Below, in pieces: positions 29,992-37,938 of a DNA stretch of 64,000 bases. This stretch comes from a virus. Made by a program: the position numbers and the translations under genes. A model generated the notes under the pieces. The model searched no databases, was not told the DNA's origin, and saw only the letters and a list, made by a program, of their open reading frames with translations. Location: IMG/VR virus record IMGVR_UViG_3300045988_159857, positions 1 to 64,000 of that record; one strand, given 5' to 3'. How positions within the stretch are numbered: position 1 is the stretch's first letter; each line of letters starts with the position of its first letter.

Positions 29992-30004
29992 GATAATCAA
30001 CTAA
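29972..30004 (-). promoter_or_regulatory. TTAGTTGA-type promoter
   Basis: TTAG + -35 TTGATT (29995-30000), a 17-nt spacer and -10 TATAAT (29972-29977). Confidence 0.6.
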
Positions 30005-30394
30005 TTAGTTATTATTATCTTCTGTAGGAATAGTAGGGAATTTAATGTCGAACGGAAACCCGGGTTGCTGTGGTAAATCTCTCAACTCTTGTCTATATTT
30101 TGACCAGTCACTTGTTAAAATTTTCCCGAGCGATTTAAGAAAACTTAACCAGGAGGAAAAAGAAGAGCCTGAAGGAACTTTTATATCAAATCTGTCAAAT
30201 GCTACCCTACTATCACTTTCTTTTAACAAGTTATCCCTTAACTTACGAGCAAGACTTGCGGCTAATTCTTCGTCTTTATTCTCAACCGCTTTTTCATAAG
30301 ATTCTTTGATAACATCGTTCATCTGTCCTGTAATTCCCTCACAGATAGTCTCAAGTCGGGATATTCTTAATGTGTCATTATTCTGGATACTCAT
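30005..30394 (-). CDS. Hypothetical protein
   Basis: 129-aa helical-looking ORF. Confidence 0.5.
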   Translation of the reverse strand: MSIQNNDTLRISRLETICEGITGQMNDVIKESYEKAVENKDEELAASLARKLRDNLLKESDSRVAFDRFDIKVPSGSSFSSWLSFLKSLGKILTSDWSKYRQELRDLPQQPGFPFDIKFPTIPTEDNNN

Positions 30395-30425
30395 AAAGTA
30401 ATTACTCCTTTAAATATGTTTATAA

Positions 30426-31538
30426 TTAACCGATTGTACAAGCAGGAGCTACCCCAAAAGAGTGTTTAGCAGAATTAGCTACTATACCTCCCGCAGCGTT
30501 AACTATTTTAACAGCACTTGCTAACCCCGTACTGGGAGAGCGTGTCCACCATATTTTTGCTACGGTACTTAAGTATTTAATTCTGTTTGTATTTGTAGCA
30601 TTTGTATAGAATTCTAATACCGAAGAATCATCATCTACAATAGTAGATGTACCACCGTTAATTTCTTTTTGTGACAATAAATACATGATATCGTTCAATG
30701 TGTATTTACTGTTTTTAGGGGTATCAGAATTTACAGTTTCATATATATTATTCGTACTACAAGGAAGTATTACCGTTGTTAATGTGTTCTTGAAATCAGT
30801 CGGTAGCTCGGTAAGGAAACTTTTTACATTTTGTTCATATATTCTATCAAACTTTGTCTGCGCTGTCAACCAACCTCCGGGAGTATTTGAATTACTATTT
30901 AACCAACTTCTAATTCTTGATTGTTTATAATTATTACTACCTACTGCTGCTCTATCATAAATATTTATGTCAGTACTGGAACCATCATCGGAACCTAAAT
31001 CAGTTCCCTCACTCCCTTCAGATATTGTCACACTCCACAAAACGGTATTTGAGGAAGGTCCTGAATAAGCTTTTAATGTTTTATCTGTATATTTACCATC
31101 GTAGTTTCCGTTTAGAACCAGTTGTTGCCCTGCTTCTAAAACTTGTGTTGTTGTGAATTGAAACGTCTTACCTCTATCAGAAACTAACCAAGGTTGTCTG
31201 TTACATGTAAAATGATATGTGCCAGCAGGTAAATCAGTATCGGAACAGTACCAAGCTTGTAAACCCTCAAACGCCATGCTTGTTACACAATTATGTGTTT
31301 GTAGTGTCATAGTATGTGCTGCGGGGTCAGAAGTTTGTTTAAAGTGGTCATGTGCTACAACATCCCACACAATATCCCCATAAGAATCATGTTTAGTTGT
31401 AAATTGTGTTCCAACCGGAAATTTTATTCTACCATAACCCGCTTTTACAACTTTTTGCACATCTGACCATGTACTTGTTGGAAAAAAGGTAAGTAATTTT
31501 TCATCAACATATTCTTTAGTCACTAAATTTATTGACAT
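30426..31538 (-). CDS. Putative receptor-binding protein
   Basis: C-terminus ...IWWTRSPSTGLASAVKIVNAAGGIVANSAKHSFGVAPACTIG follows the W.RSP...V.PA pattern seen in putative adhesin/RBP domains of Firmicutes phages. Confidence 0.45.
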   Translation of the reverse strand: MSINLVTKEYVDEKLLTFFPTSTWSDVQKVVKAGYGRIKFPVGTQFTTKHDSYGDIVWDVVAHDHFKQTSDPAAHTMTLQTHNCVTSMAFEGLQAWYCSDTDLPAGTYHFTCNRQPWLVSDRGKTFQFTTTQVLEAGQQLVLNGNYDGKYTDKTLKAYSGPSSNTVLWSVTISEGSEGTDLGSDDGSSTDINIYDRAAVGSNNYKQSRIRSWLNSNSNTPGGWLTAQTKFDRIYEQNVKSFLTELPTDFKNTLTTVILPCSTNNIYETVNSDTPKNSKYTLNDIMYLLSQKEINGGTSTIVDDDSSVLEFYTNATNTNRIKYLSTVAKIWWTRSPSTGLASAVKIVNAAGGIVANSAKHSFGVAPACTIG

Positions 31539-31557
31539 CTAAGATTAAACTCCTTTA

Positions 31558-31695
31558 TTAGGTATTGAAATTTTTTATTTGTTTGTATTCTTCCGCAGTT
31601 AAAAACTTTTTAGCAAGAATATTTAATGATTTTATCGGAATAGACGATTTACCTTCTTTATGTAGTTTGAATTGAAGTATGATAAACTCTTTCAT
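31558..31695 (-). CDS. XkdX-like small protein
   Basis: 45-aa ORF below the track cutoff (my translation): MKEFIILQFKLHKEGKSSIPIKSLNILAKKFLTAEEYKQIKNFNT. ATGA overlap with the upstream gene. The ...LTAEEYKQI ending is typical of XkdX. Confidence 0.45.
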   Translation of the reverse strand: MKEFIILQFKLHKEGKSSIPIKSLNILAKKFLTAEEYKQIKNFNT

Positions 31696-31883
31696 TGATT
31701 TTCCTCCTTAATAGAAAGCATCATCAAATCTGCAACAGCACTTTCAAGGGCTTCAAGTCTTTGAGAATCTGTTACTTGATTTTGAAGGAATGCTCTTTGC
31801 TTTTCGAGTTTATCATTAAAGTCTTGGATAAGCTTCATCGCCGCTTCATACTCGACCTTGTTATCTTTCTTGCTTAGCTCCAT
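31692..31883 (-). CDS. Small coiled-coil protein (XkdW position)
   Basis: 63-aa ORF between the fibre gene and the XkdX-like gene. Confidence 0.45.
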   Translation of the reverse strand: MELSKKDNKVEYEAAMKLIQDFNDKLEKQRAFLQNQVTDSQRLEALESAVADLMMLSIKEENQ

Positions 31884-33556
31884 TATTCTATTTCCCCCTC
31901 TACTGTGATTGAAAATCCTGTAAGCATTGCATCTCCTGTTAAAATCAATAATTGTGTTCTCTTGTTGTTAGCTTCATTTGTTTTGAAGAATAACTTTTTA
32001 TCTGTACTCTGCAACTGGGAGTAACACTGAATTGGATATGTAGCTTTGATACCGGAGAGGTCAAATGAGTTTGTAAATGTAACAGAATTTATCGGTTCCC
32101 AACAAACTCCAGTTGAAGTACCTTCCATATTATATGAACGTCGGTCATCTGCAACTGTTATAAAAACATCATTCTGGATTAAACCTTCATACCTTGGATG
32201 TTTTATTTGGGAGAGTTCAGTTGTTGTGCTTGTATCAATGATACAAGCAGGGTCTTCTGTAAAACTAAGTACTATACCTACATTGTCTCCAGAATATATA
32301 ATCTCTTTCGCGGTTAAAGAATTATCTGATTTGTTGATTTCAGTTTTTGTGCAGCATCCTATAGTGGTATAATTGTTTCCGGTAATTGGGTTACCATCAG
32401 CTGAAATTATAACACCTGTACCCCACGCACCATTACCCGAATAAATTGGATTTGGTGAATTCTTTATGTCCATATTGACAGCTCTTGCAGAAATTTTCAT
32501 TCTTAAATTTTTAGTATTGTTGGGGATGTTACAACTAATAAGCAAGTCATCAGGATAAGGTTTTCCAAATACCACTGTGTTGTTTGTAGTATCTACGGAT
32601 ATACAATGAATTAACTTATAGTTGTCGCTTGAATTCCAAGCATTGTTACGATTAAATTCTAATGTGTCATCAACAAATATATCATCACCATATGTCAATT
32701 TAAATTTTGTTTCGGCAGTATCAGTATACTTGATAAAGTAGAAAGTATCAGCTTTGAGTTTATTTACATTGCCTGTTATAATCGTAGGTTGGGTATCAAA
32801 AGGCATTGCAGACGTGCGATATTCCCATTTCCACTTTTTATTGTTGATATAATTGTCCCAGTTTATATACTTATTAGGAATCTGATTTACGTGGTCTACC
32901 ATATTCTTGAAATTTTTGAATTTAACTTGAGCTACAAAGTTTTCATTTCCACCGTATCCCGGCCCAATTACAAAACAGGCGTTTGGAGTATTGTGAACAA
33001 CGCCGATATCTTGTTCTACATCAGTTATCTCTAATGTAATACCGAATATAATACCAACATTTTCTACATCTTCTCCCATTCCCATTAACTCATTAGGAAC
33101 ATCTGCATCTACCGTTGTATATCCATCATCAAACATCTCTCTCACATTTACGGATTTAATGAATACATTGGTACCTGAGCTTTGAAGTTCTTCACCGTCA
33201 TAAACTTCGTATTCTAACTGTTGTCCGTCCGTAAATTGAGATAAATCAGCATCAGGCATTGGAACAGAACAATAAATTCCTTCGCCTGTTGCTTCATTCG
33301 TAATTGGAATTGTAAATTCCCACACATCGGATTCAATCTTTTCGTCATAGAACGGTCTATTCTTAATATAAGCAGAATTTTTACTATCATTTATATTCCA
33401 ATCGGATTGAGAATTTGCTTCACCATACAAATCGTTACCTTTATAAATTCTATGAGTATCGGTTGTAAAATATAATGCATTTGCTGATTTAGTTATATTG
33501 TCATATTCTGATTGTGAATATTTATAAAATTCTACTTTATCTTTTGTTACCATATC
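31883..33556 (-). CDS. Tail fibre / XkdV-like structural protein
   Basis: N-terminus MVTKDKVEFYKYSQSEYDNITKSANALYFTTDTHRIYKGNDLYG is fibre-like. Start moved to ATG 33556 (SD AGGAGGAG 7 nt upstream). Confidence 0.55.
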   Translation of the reverse strand, partial: DMVTKDKVEFYKYSQSEYDNITKSANALYFTTDTHRIYKGNDLYGEANSQSDWNINDSKNSAYIKNRPFYDEKIESDVWEFTIPITNEATGEGIYCSVPMPDADLSQFTDGQQLEYEVYDGEELQSSGTNVFIKSVNVREMFDDGYTTVDADVPNELMGMGEDVENVGIIFGITLEITDVEQDIGVVHNTPNACFVIGPGYGGNENFVAQVKFKNFKNMVDHVNQIPNKYINWDNYINNKKWKWEYRTSAMPFDTQPTIITGNVNKLKADTFYFIKYTDTAETKFKLTYGDDIFVDDTLEFNRNNAWNSSDNYKLIHCISVDTTNNTVVFGKPYPDDLLISCNIPNNTKNLRMKISARAVNMDIKNSPNPIYSGNGAWGTGVIISADGNPITGNNYTTIGCCTKTEINKSDNSLTAKEIIYSGDNVGIVLSFTEDPACIIDTSTTTELSQIKHPRYEGLIQNDVFITVADDRRSYNMEGTSTGVCWEPINSVTFTNSFDLSGIKATYPIQCYSQLQSTDKKLFFKTNEANNKRTQLLILTGDAMLTGFSITVEGEIE

Positions 33557-33573
33557 ATTACTCCTCCTACAAA

Positions 33574-33843
33574 TCACACTGAAGTATCGTTCCAGTATAT
33601 TGAAGTGTCTATATTCTCCAACTCTTTTTTAATATTGTCAAATTCTTCTGTGATAACCTTATTTTGTAATGGATTTGTCGAGGTATTCGACAACTCGGAA
33701 TCTATCTTAACAGTTAACCTTTTTATTTCTTCAGCCATTTCTGTAGGTGTCATTTCAGGTAGTGACTTATCAACATTACGAATACTGTCACCTATTTCAG
33801 TTAATGTTTCTCCATTTATAGTATAAATACTAATAGTAAACAC
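33574..33843 (-). CDS. Small fibre-associated protein (start codon uncertain)
   Basis: Contains STNPLQNKVITEEFDN. The track's GTG start overlaps the SD AGAGGTG. An in-frame ATT 6 nt after the SD (33834) is better placed. Confidence 0.5.
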   Translation of the reverse strand: MFTISIYTINGETLTEIGDSIRNVDKSLPEMTPTEMAEEIKRLTVKIDSELSNTSTNPLQNKVITEEFDNIKKELENIDTSIYWNDTSV

Positions 33844-33889
33844 CTCTTTTTGTTTAAATCATCAATATTTTATACAATTAAGTCTATTG

Positions 33890-33928
33890 TGAAAAATGAC
33901 CGTGGAAGTTTTACTAACCACGGTCATT
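33890..33928 (-). terminator. Intrinsic terminator closing the early/middle region
   Basis: 11-bp stem, 33895-33905 with 33918-33928 (AATGACCGTGG/CCACGGTCATT), followed on the minus strand by TTTTCAC. Confidence 0.7.
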
Positions 33929-33967
33929 GGTGTTTTAATAATTAGTATTAAACGTAACTTTTTACTA

Positions 33968-34276
33968 TTAGTCCTCTGTGTTTTCCTCGGGGACTATTTC
34001 CAAGTGTTTAATTGCCCATGCACCATTTTCACCTGTCCAATAGTGATGTGCCCACTCTTTAAGCCATTTTTCTTTATTGTTTCGGTCAAAGGTTTTATTG
34101 TATCTTAAGTCAATAATTTGTTTGTAAAATTCTTTACTTTGAATAGAAACGTAATAACCGTTTCCGTAAGTGTCGGGGTTATACCTAAAATTACAAGCGA
34201 GGTCAAAAAATAGTTCACTCACCATCCCTTTAGGTGTATTGGGGTCCGTGATGGTCACTTTCATTCTGTAGTTCAT
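33968..34276 (-). CDS. Hypothetical protein
   Basis: 102-aa ORF with promoter 34310-34342 and terminator 33890-33928. Confidence 0.55.
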   Translation of the reverse strand: MNYRMKVTITDPNTPKGMVSELFFDLACNFRYNPDTYGNGYYVSIQSKEFYKQIIDLRYNKTFDRNNKEKWLKEWAHHYWTGENGAWAIKHLEIVPEENTED

Positions 34277-34309
34277 TTTGAAATCTTCCTTCCTTTATTT
34301 TATACTTAT

Positions 34310-34342
34310 ATTATAATATATAATTACATAACTATCAACTAA
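34310..34342 (-). promoter_or_regulatory. TTAGTTGA-type promoter
   Basis: TTAG + -35 TTGATA (34333-34338), a 17-nt spacer and -10 TATAAT (34310-34315). Confidence 0.6.
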
Positions 34343-34404
34343 TTATATCTACAACAGTAGAAATTATTAGGGATTATCAATCTGTATCATTTATAATTAC
34401 AAAC

Positions 34405-35091
34405 CTAACTTTTTAAAGTACTTTTTTGTTTTATTAAACTATCACATTCTAAAGGTGTGTCAAATTCTAGTTTATCTATTAACTTATATTTTATTTGTAA
34501 ATCTCTATAAGTTAGTTTTCCGTTAACTCTATTTTCTAATATTTCTTGTTTTAATTCTTTAAGTTTCTGAATATCTAAATCTTTTAAGTAATAGAAATGT
34601 TTATTATTAGTTTTACTAGAATGTTCGTCATTGTTTAGCGAAGATTGTAAATCTTCGTCAAATACTCCTTTCAGTACTTTATCTTCTTTATTTATTATAT
34701 CAGTATTTATTTGTCCTTGGTTTTCAACATGTAGAAGTTCAAGGTGTAGGTTTTCTACACCTTGAAAATCATCGTCTTGACAAGATACATCCTGTGGTTC
34801 TTCGTACACGTCATATTCATACTCTATCCTACAGGAAGAAGTTTCGTTACCGTATTTTTTAGTTACTTTTAAATAACCTAGTTTAGTTAATTCTTTTAGT
34901 GTAGAACGGATTGTAGTTTCTCCAGCTGCTGTTATTTTACATAATCCTTTTATCGTATAGTCCCAATCAGGAGGTAATGATAACATTAAAGACAATAATC
35001 CTTTACCCTTTAAGGATAACTCTTTATTTCTTAAATGATGATTACTCATTACTGTATAATTGTTTGTTTTGTTAACTCTGAAAACTGACAT
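34405..35091 (-). CDS. Winged-helix DNA-binding protein (replication-organiser/regulator-like)
   Basis: N-terminus FRVNKTNNYTVMSNHHLRNKELSLKGKGLLSLMLSLPPDWDYTIKGL...IRSTLKELTKLGYL fits the HTH pattern of phage replisome-organiser N-terminal domains. Confidence 0.45.
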   Translation of the reverse strand: MSVFRVNKTNNYTVMSNHHLRNKELSLKGKGLLSLMLSLPPDWDYTIKGLCKITAAGETTIRSTLKELTKLGYLKVTKKYGNETSSCRIEYEYDVYEEPQDVSCQDDDFQGVENLHLELLHVENQGQINTDIINKEDKVLKGVFDEDLQSSLNNDEHSSKTNNKHFYYLKDLDIQKLKELKQEILENRVNGKLTYRDLQIKYKLIDKLEFDTPLECDSLIKQKSTLKS

Positions 35092-35120
35092 ATCATATCT
35101 TTCCTTTTAAGTAAAAAATA

Positions 35121-35233
35121 AACCTATCTAAAAGTTGCAAACAAGTAATCATGTATACACAAGATTAAATATCTTTTAGATAGGTTATTAACAAATATGG
35201 AATTTTATCTATATATACATTACTTGTTTGCAA
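35121..35233 (-). repeat. Two interleaved perfect inverted repeats (14 bp and 15 bp)
   Basis: IR1: 35121-35134 with 35173-35186. IR2: 35135-35149 with 35219-35233. On the minus strand the order is A-B-A'-B', followed by TTTATTTTTT. Confidence 0.8.
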
Positions 35234-35286
35234 TTATATATACAGTATGTTTTGCTTAAATTTTTATTTTGCGTCTATATTACAAT

Positions 35287-35400
35287 TTATTCCTTGGGAT
35301 TATCTAAAAGTGCTTTATATCTGTTTTCATAACATTCACATTCTTCTTTTGTTTCAAATTCAGTACCGTCATTAGCAATGTAAAGTGTTTTCTTTATCAT
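35287..35400 (-). CDS. Possible 37-aa protein
   Basis: My translation: MIKKTLYIANDGTEFETKEECECYENRYKALLDNPKE. Starts 7 nt after the ThyX-like gene's stop. Below the track cutoff. Confidence 0.3.
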   Translation of the reverse strand: MIKKTLYIANDGTEFETKEECECYENRYKALLDNPKE

Positions 35401-35406
35401 GACTTT

Positions 35407-36114
35407 TTACCCATTTATGGTCCCTCCAGTAATTAATTCCGAATATGGCAAACCTTTAATCCAGTCAATAAAACCAATAGACCATTCGTCTAGTTTATGG
35501 TTTTTACGAGATTTGTAAATATTTGCCAGAACTTCATAATTAAGCATTACTGTACGTTTCTGGTTATAAGAGCTAGGTAATAACTGAATAAGCTGCCACC
35601 AAATCGACTTGTCGCCTTCCTCTAAATACGCCAATCTATAAACATTTAGAGCATCAATTATAGTGTTCAGCAGTTTCAATGAATCCGGTTCTGCGTCATA
35701 CCGAAGGTTTTCTTCTGTAAACAAATGTTCATGACTGAAATCATCTACTGTAAATTCTTTTGCGTGAATCTTATGCATAGTAGAACAAGAGTTAGCAACT
35801 GTGCCGACCTTATATGTGTCAAATTCTTTCCACCAATATAAAGGCGCAGTAATATCCACATATACAGTAATCATTCGCATAAACTTACGGTGGTCTGTAC
35901 CAGCGTTGCGAAGAGCCGTCATGAGCTTCTGGTCATTAGGACCGATTGCTAATTCGTAATAATAATCAGTGTCTTCGTCTACAAAAATATAATTATCTCT
36001 AGGCCAATCTGGGCTCCAACCACTATCACTCTTCTCCCAAGAGTTCATAGGATTTCTCATTCCTCTTATAGCAGACTCCCAACCAACGACTTCTGTATTT
36101 TCGAATTTAATCAT
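35407..36114 (-). CDS. ThyX-fold protein lacking the ThyX signature motif
   Basis: GTDHRKFMRMITVYVDITAPLYWWKEFDTYKVGTVANSCSTMH aligns by eye with ThyX [40 protein letters not shown], but RHR is replaced by TYK and SGRY by STMH. Confidence 0.45.
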   Translation of the reverse strand: MIKFENTEVVGWESAIRGMRNPMNSWEKSDSGWSPDWPRDNYIFVDEDTDYYYELAIGPNDQKLMTALRNAGTDHRKFMRMITVYVDITAPLYWWKEFDTYKVGTVANSCSTMHKIHAKEFTVDDFSHEHLFTEENLRYDAEPDSLKLLNTIIDALNVYRLAYLEEGDKSIWWQLIQLLPSSYNQKRTVMLNYEVLANIYKSRKNHKLDEWSIGFIDWIKGLPYSELITGGTING

Positions 36115-36135
36115 TACTTATTTTCTCCTTTATTC

Positions 36136-36321
36136 TCATTCCTCTGAACAATCTTTCTCTATGTTTTCAAGTCTTTCTAGGACTCTAGTAAATATCCGGA
36201 TAACATCAAAATAATCTTGTTCAGAAAAAGCATGTAACAAACTCGAATTCATTAACTTCATCAAATCTCTTTTCTGTATTACGGAAATAGTCTCATAATT
36301 CGGCGTTATGTATTCACTCAT
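36136..36321 (-). CDS. Hypothetical small protein
   Basis: 61-aa ORF in an overlapping early-gene string. Confidence 0.45.
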   Translation of the reverse strand: MSEYITPNYETISVIQKRDLMKLMNSSLLHAFSEQDYFDVIRIFTRVLERLENIEKDCSEE

Positions 36322-36575
36322 TTCTTCACATTTTCCTTTCTTATATCATCCCAACCTCGCATACTATTGTATAATTTTATAATAAATTTTCTACCGTTTT
36401 CGTCTAACAATTCAGTTATTCGGTCAATTTGAGTTATAGCACATAGGTAATTGAAATTATCTTTAACAAATCCGTTTTTGTTAAAGAAATCTGCTTGTTC
36501 TTGACAATCTAATTCCCACAATTCATCTGCTAAATCTTTTCCACTTAACTTAATTTCTATGGTTTTAGTTATCAT
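36318..36575 (-). CDS. Hypothetical small protein
   Basis: 85-aa ORF with 4-nt overlaps on both sides. Confidence 0.5.
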   Translation of the reverse strand: MITKTIEIKLSGKDLADELWELDCQEQADFFNKNGFVKDNFNYLCAITQIDRITELLDENGRKFIIKLYNSMRGWDDIRKENVKK

Positions 36576-36850
36576 TTTTCATCTTTCCTTTCTCCGTAAC
36601 TACAAAAATCATACTCGTTCATAGGGAATACGGTAAATAGTCTTGCGCATACATTCCCTAATAATGCATTGTCAACAGAATAGTACTTACAATATTTGCA
36701 ATAAACAGCAGTCTGGACTGCTTTTGTTTTATCCTTGAATGACATACACACTTCTGCTAAAATACCATCCGGTTTAAGTCTTGATGAGAGATACTTTTTA
36801 TGATTCTCTACACACTCGGCATAATTTACACAATCAATACAAGTCTTCAT
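36572..36850 (-). CDS. Cys-rich small protein
   Basis: 92 aa with CIDCVNYAEC...C...CKYCKY...C, a likely metal-binding pattern. Confidence 0.5.
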   Translation of the reverse strand: MKTCIDCVNYAECVENHKKYLSSRLKPDGILAEVCMSFKDKTKAVQTAVYCKYCKYYSVDNALLGNVCARLFTVFPMNEYDFCSYGERKDEK

Positions 36851-36861
36851 TTGTTAACTCC

Positions 36862-37119
36862 TTAAAGTTTATTGTTTGCCTCAAAGTCTTTTTTACGTTC
36901 GGGAGCACCGTCAGCGTAACAACATATAAAATGTCGTGAATATACGGAAAACCCACTTCGTGTTACTTCCTCCTCAGCCCAATAACTTGAAATTTCTCTT
37001 TCGCCGATTTCAGTATGTTTTTTCGGGTCAAACCTTCTGCAAAGCACTTTTCCATTATAACCACTAAGCACCTTCAAATCACTTTCACAACCGTACTTAT
37101 AAAACTCTTTTACAGTCAC
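36862..37119 (-). CDS. Hypothetical small protein
   Basis: 85 aa. GTG start with SD AAAGGAAGG. First gene after promoter 37152-37184. Confidence 0.5.
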   Translation of the reverse strand: MTVKEFYKYGCESDLKVLSGYNGKVLCRRFDPKKHTEIGEREISSYWAEEEVTRSGFSVYSRHFICCYADGAPERKKDFEANNKL

Positions 37120-37151
37120 TGTTTATCATCCTTCCTTTAATGTTCTATTAT

Positions 37152-37184
37152 ATTATAATTTATTTTTTGTTACTGTTCAACTAA
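37152..37184 (-). promoter_or_regulatory. TTAGTTGA-type promoter
   Basis: TTAG + -35 TTGAAC (37175-37180), a 17-nt spacer and -10 TATAAT (37152-37157). Confidence 0.6.
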
Positions 37185-37192
37185 TTTGTTGT

Positions 37193-37236
37193 AAAAAAAA
37201 ATAACCAGCTGGAAGGTTCTTACTCTCCAGCTGGTT
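37193..37236 (-). terminator. Strong bidirectional intrinsic terminator
   Basis: 11-bp stem, 37203-37213 with 37226-37236 (AACCAGCTGGA/TCCAGCTGGTT). T-run of about 8-9 follows on the minus strand and TTTTAT on the plus strand. Confidence 0.75.
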
Positions 37237-37350
37237 TTATATTAACTGTTTTTAATTTGTATACCGGTTCAACAGTTCTTACACCGGTTTTATATATTAA
37301 CATCCTTTTCCGGATAAGGAATGTTTTTGGGACTTGAAATTTTAGCCTTA
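37193..37350 (-). ncRNA. Candidate ~155-nt small RNA (three hairpins, the last being the terminator)
   Basis: Possible promoter: -35 TTGTTA (37380-37385), a 17-nt spacer, -10 TATAAA (37357-37362). Hairpins at 37301-37323, 37263-37288 and 37203-37236. Two loops share GTAAGAAC. No convincing ORF. Confidence 0.3.
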
Positions 37351-37419
37351 TTTTAATTTATACTTTTTACTATTTGTCCTAACAAAACAATCATTTTTAT
37401 AAACTAAAGTTATATTACC

Positions 37420-37617
37420 TTACCACGTCTTGATATACTTACCGACTTCGACAGAGAGTTTCGTGCTGATAATTCGGGCGTGTTCGTACTGGGCTTTCAC
37501 GCCGGGAACAAAATCTTTGGTAATTCCATTCTCAATGTTCTTCCGATTCTGAATGAGAAGGTCTGCTTGGTACAGGTTCAAGAGCCGTACCAATTCTTGT
37601 TTTTCGGATATCGTCAT
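37420..37617 (-). CDS. Hypothetical 65-aa protein, compositional outlier
   Basis: SD AAAGGAG. Visibly more G+C-rich than its neighbours. Confidence 0.5.
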   Translation of the reverse strand: MTISEKQELVRLLNLYQADLLIQNRKNIENGITKDFVPGVKAQYEHARIISTKLSVEVGKYIKTW

Positions 37618-37686
37618 TTTCTGTACTCCTTTCTGTGGATTGAATTCACAAAATTTTCTCTTTTTTGTAAGCTAACAAATTTTGAT

Positions 37687-37932
37687 TTAATCGTCTGTGA
37701 GTTCTTCATAAAGTCTTTCTAATTCATCCCATTCTTTATCGGTTGTACCAAATACCTCAAAATATTCACACTCATAACATATATCTACTTTAAAATATTC
37801 ACCTGAAAAAATATTTATAGTTAAGTCCCCACACCAATTGCGAGTGTTGAATATTCCACAACTTGCTTGTGGGCATAGATTTTTGATAATTTGTTTTACT
37901 TTTTTAAACTCTTCTATTCTGTTCATTTCCAA
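37687..37932 (-). CDS. Cys-containing small protein
   Basis: 81 aa. TTG start (37932, AGGAG 9 nt upstream) or ATG at 37926. Confidence 0.5.
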   Translation of the reverse strand: MEMNRIEEFKKVKQIIKNLCPQASCGIFNTRNWCGDLTINIFSGEYFKVDICYECEYFEVFGTTDKEWDELERLYEELTDD

Positions 37933-37938
37933 TGCTTT

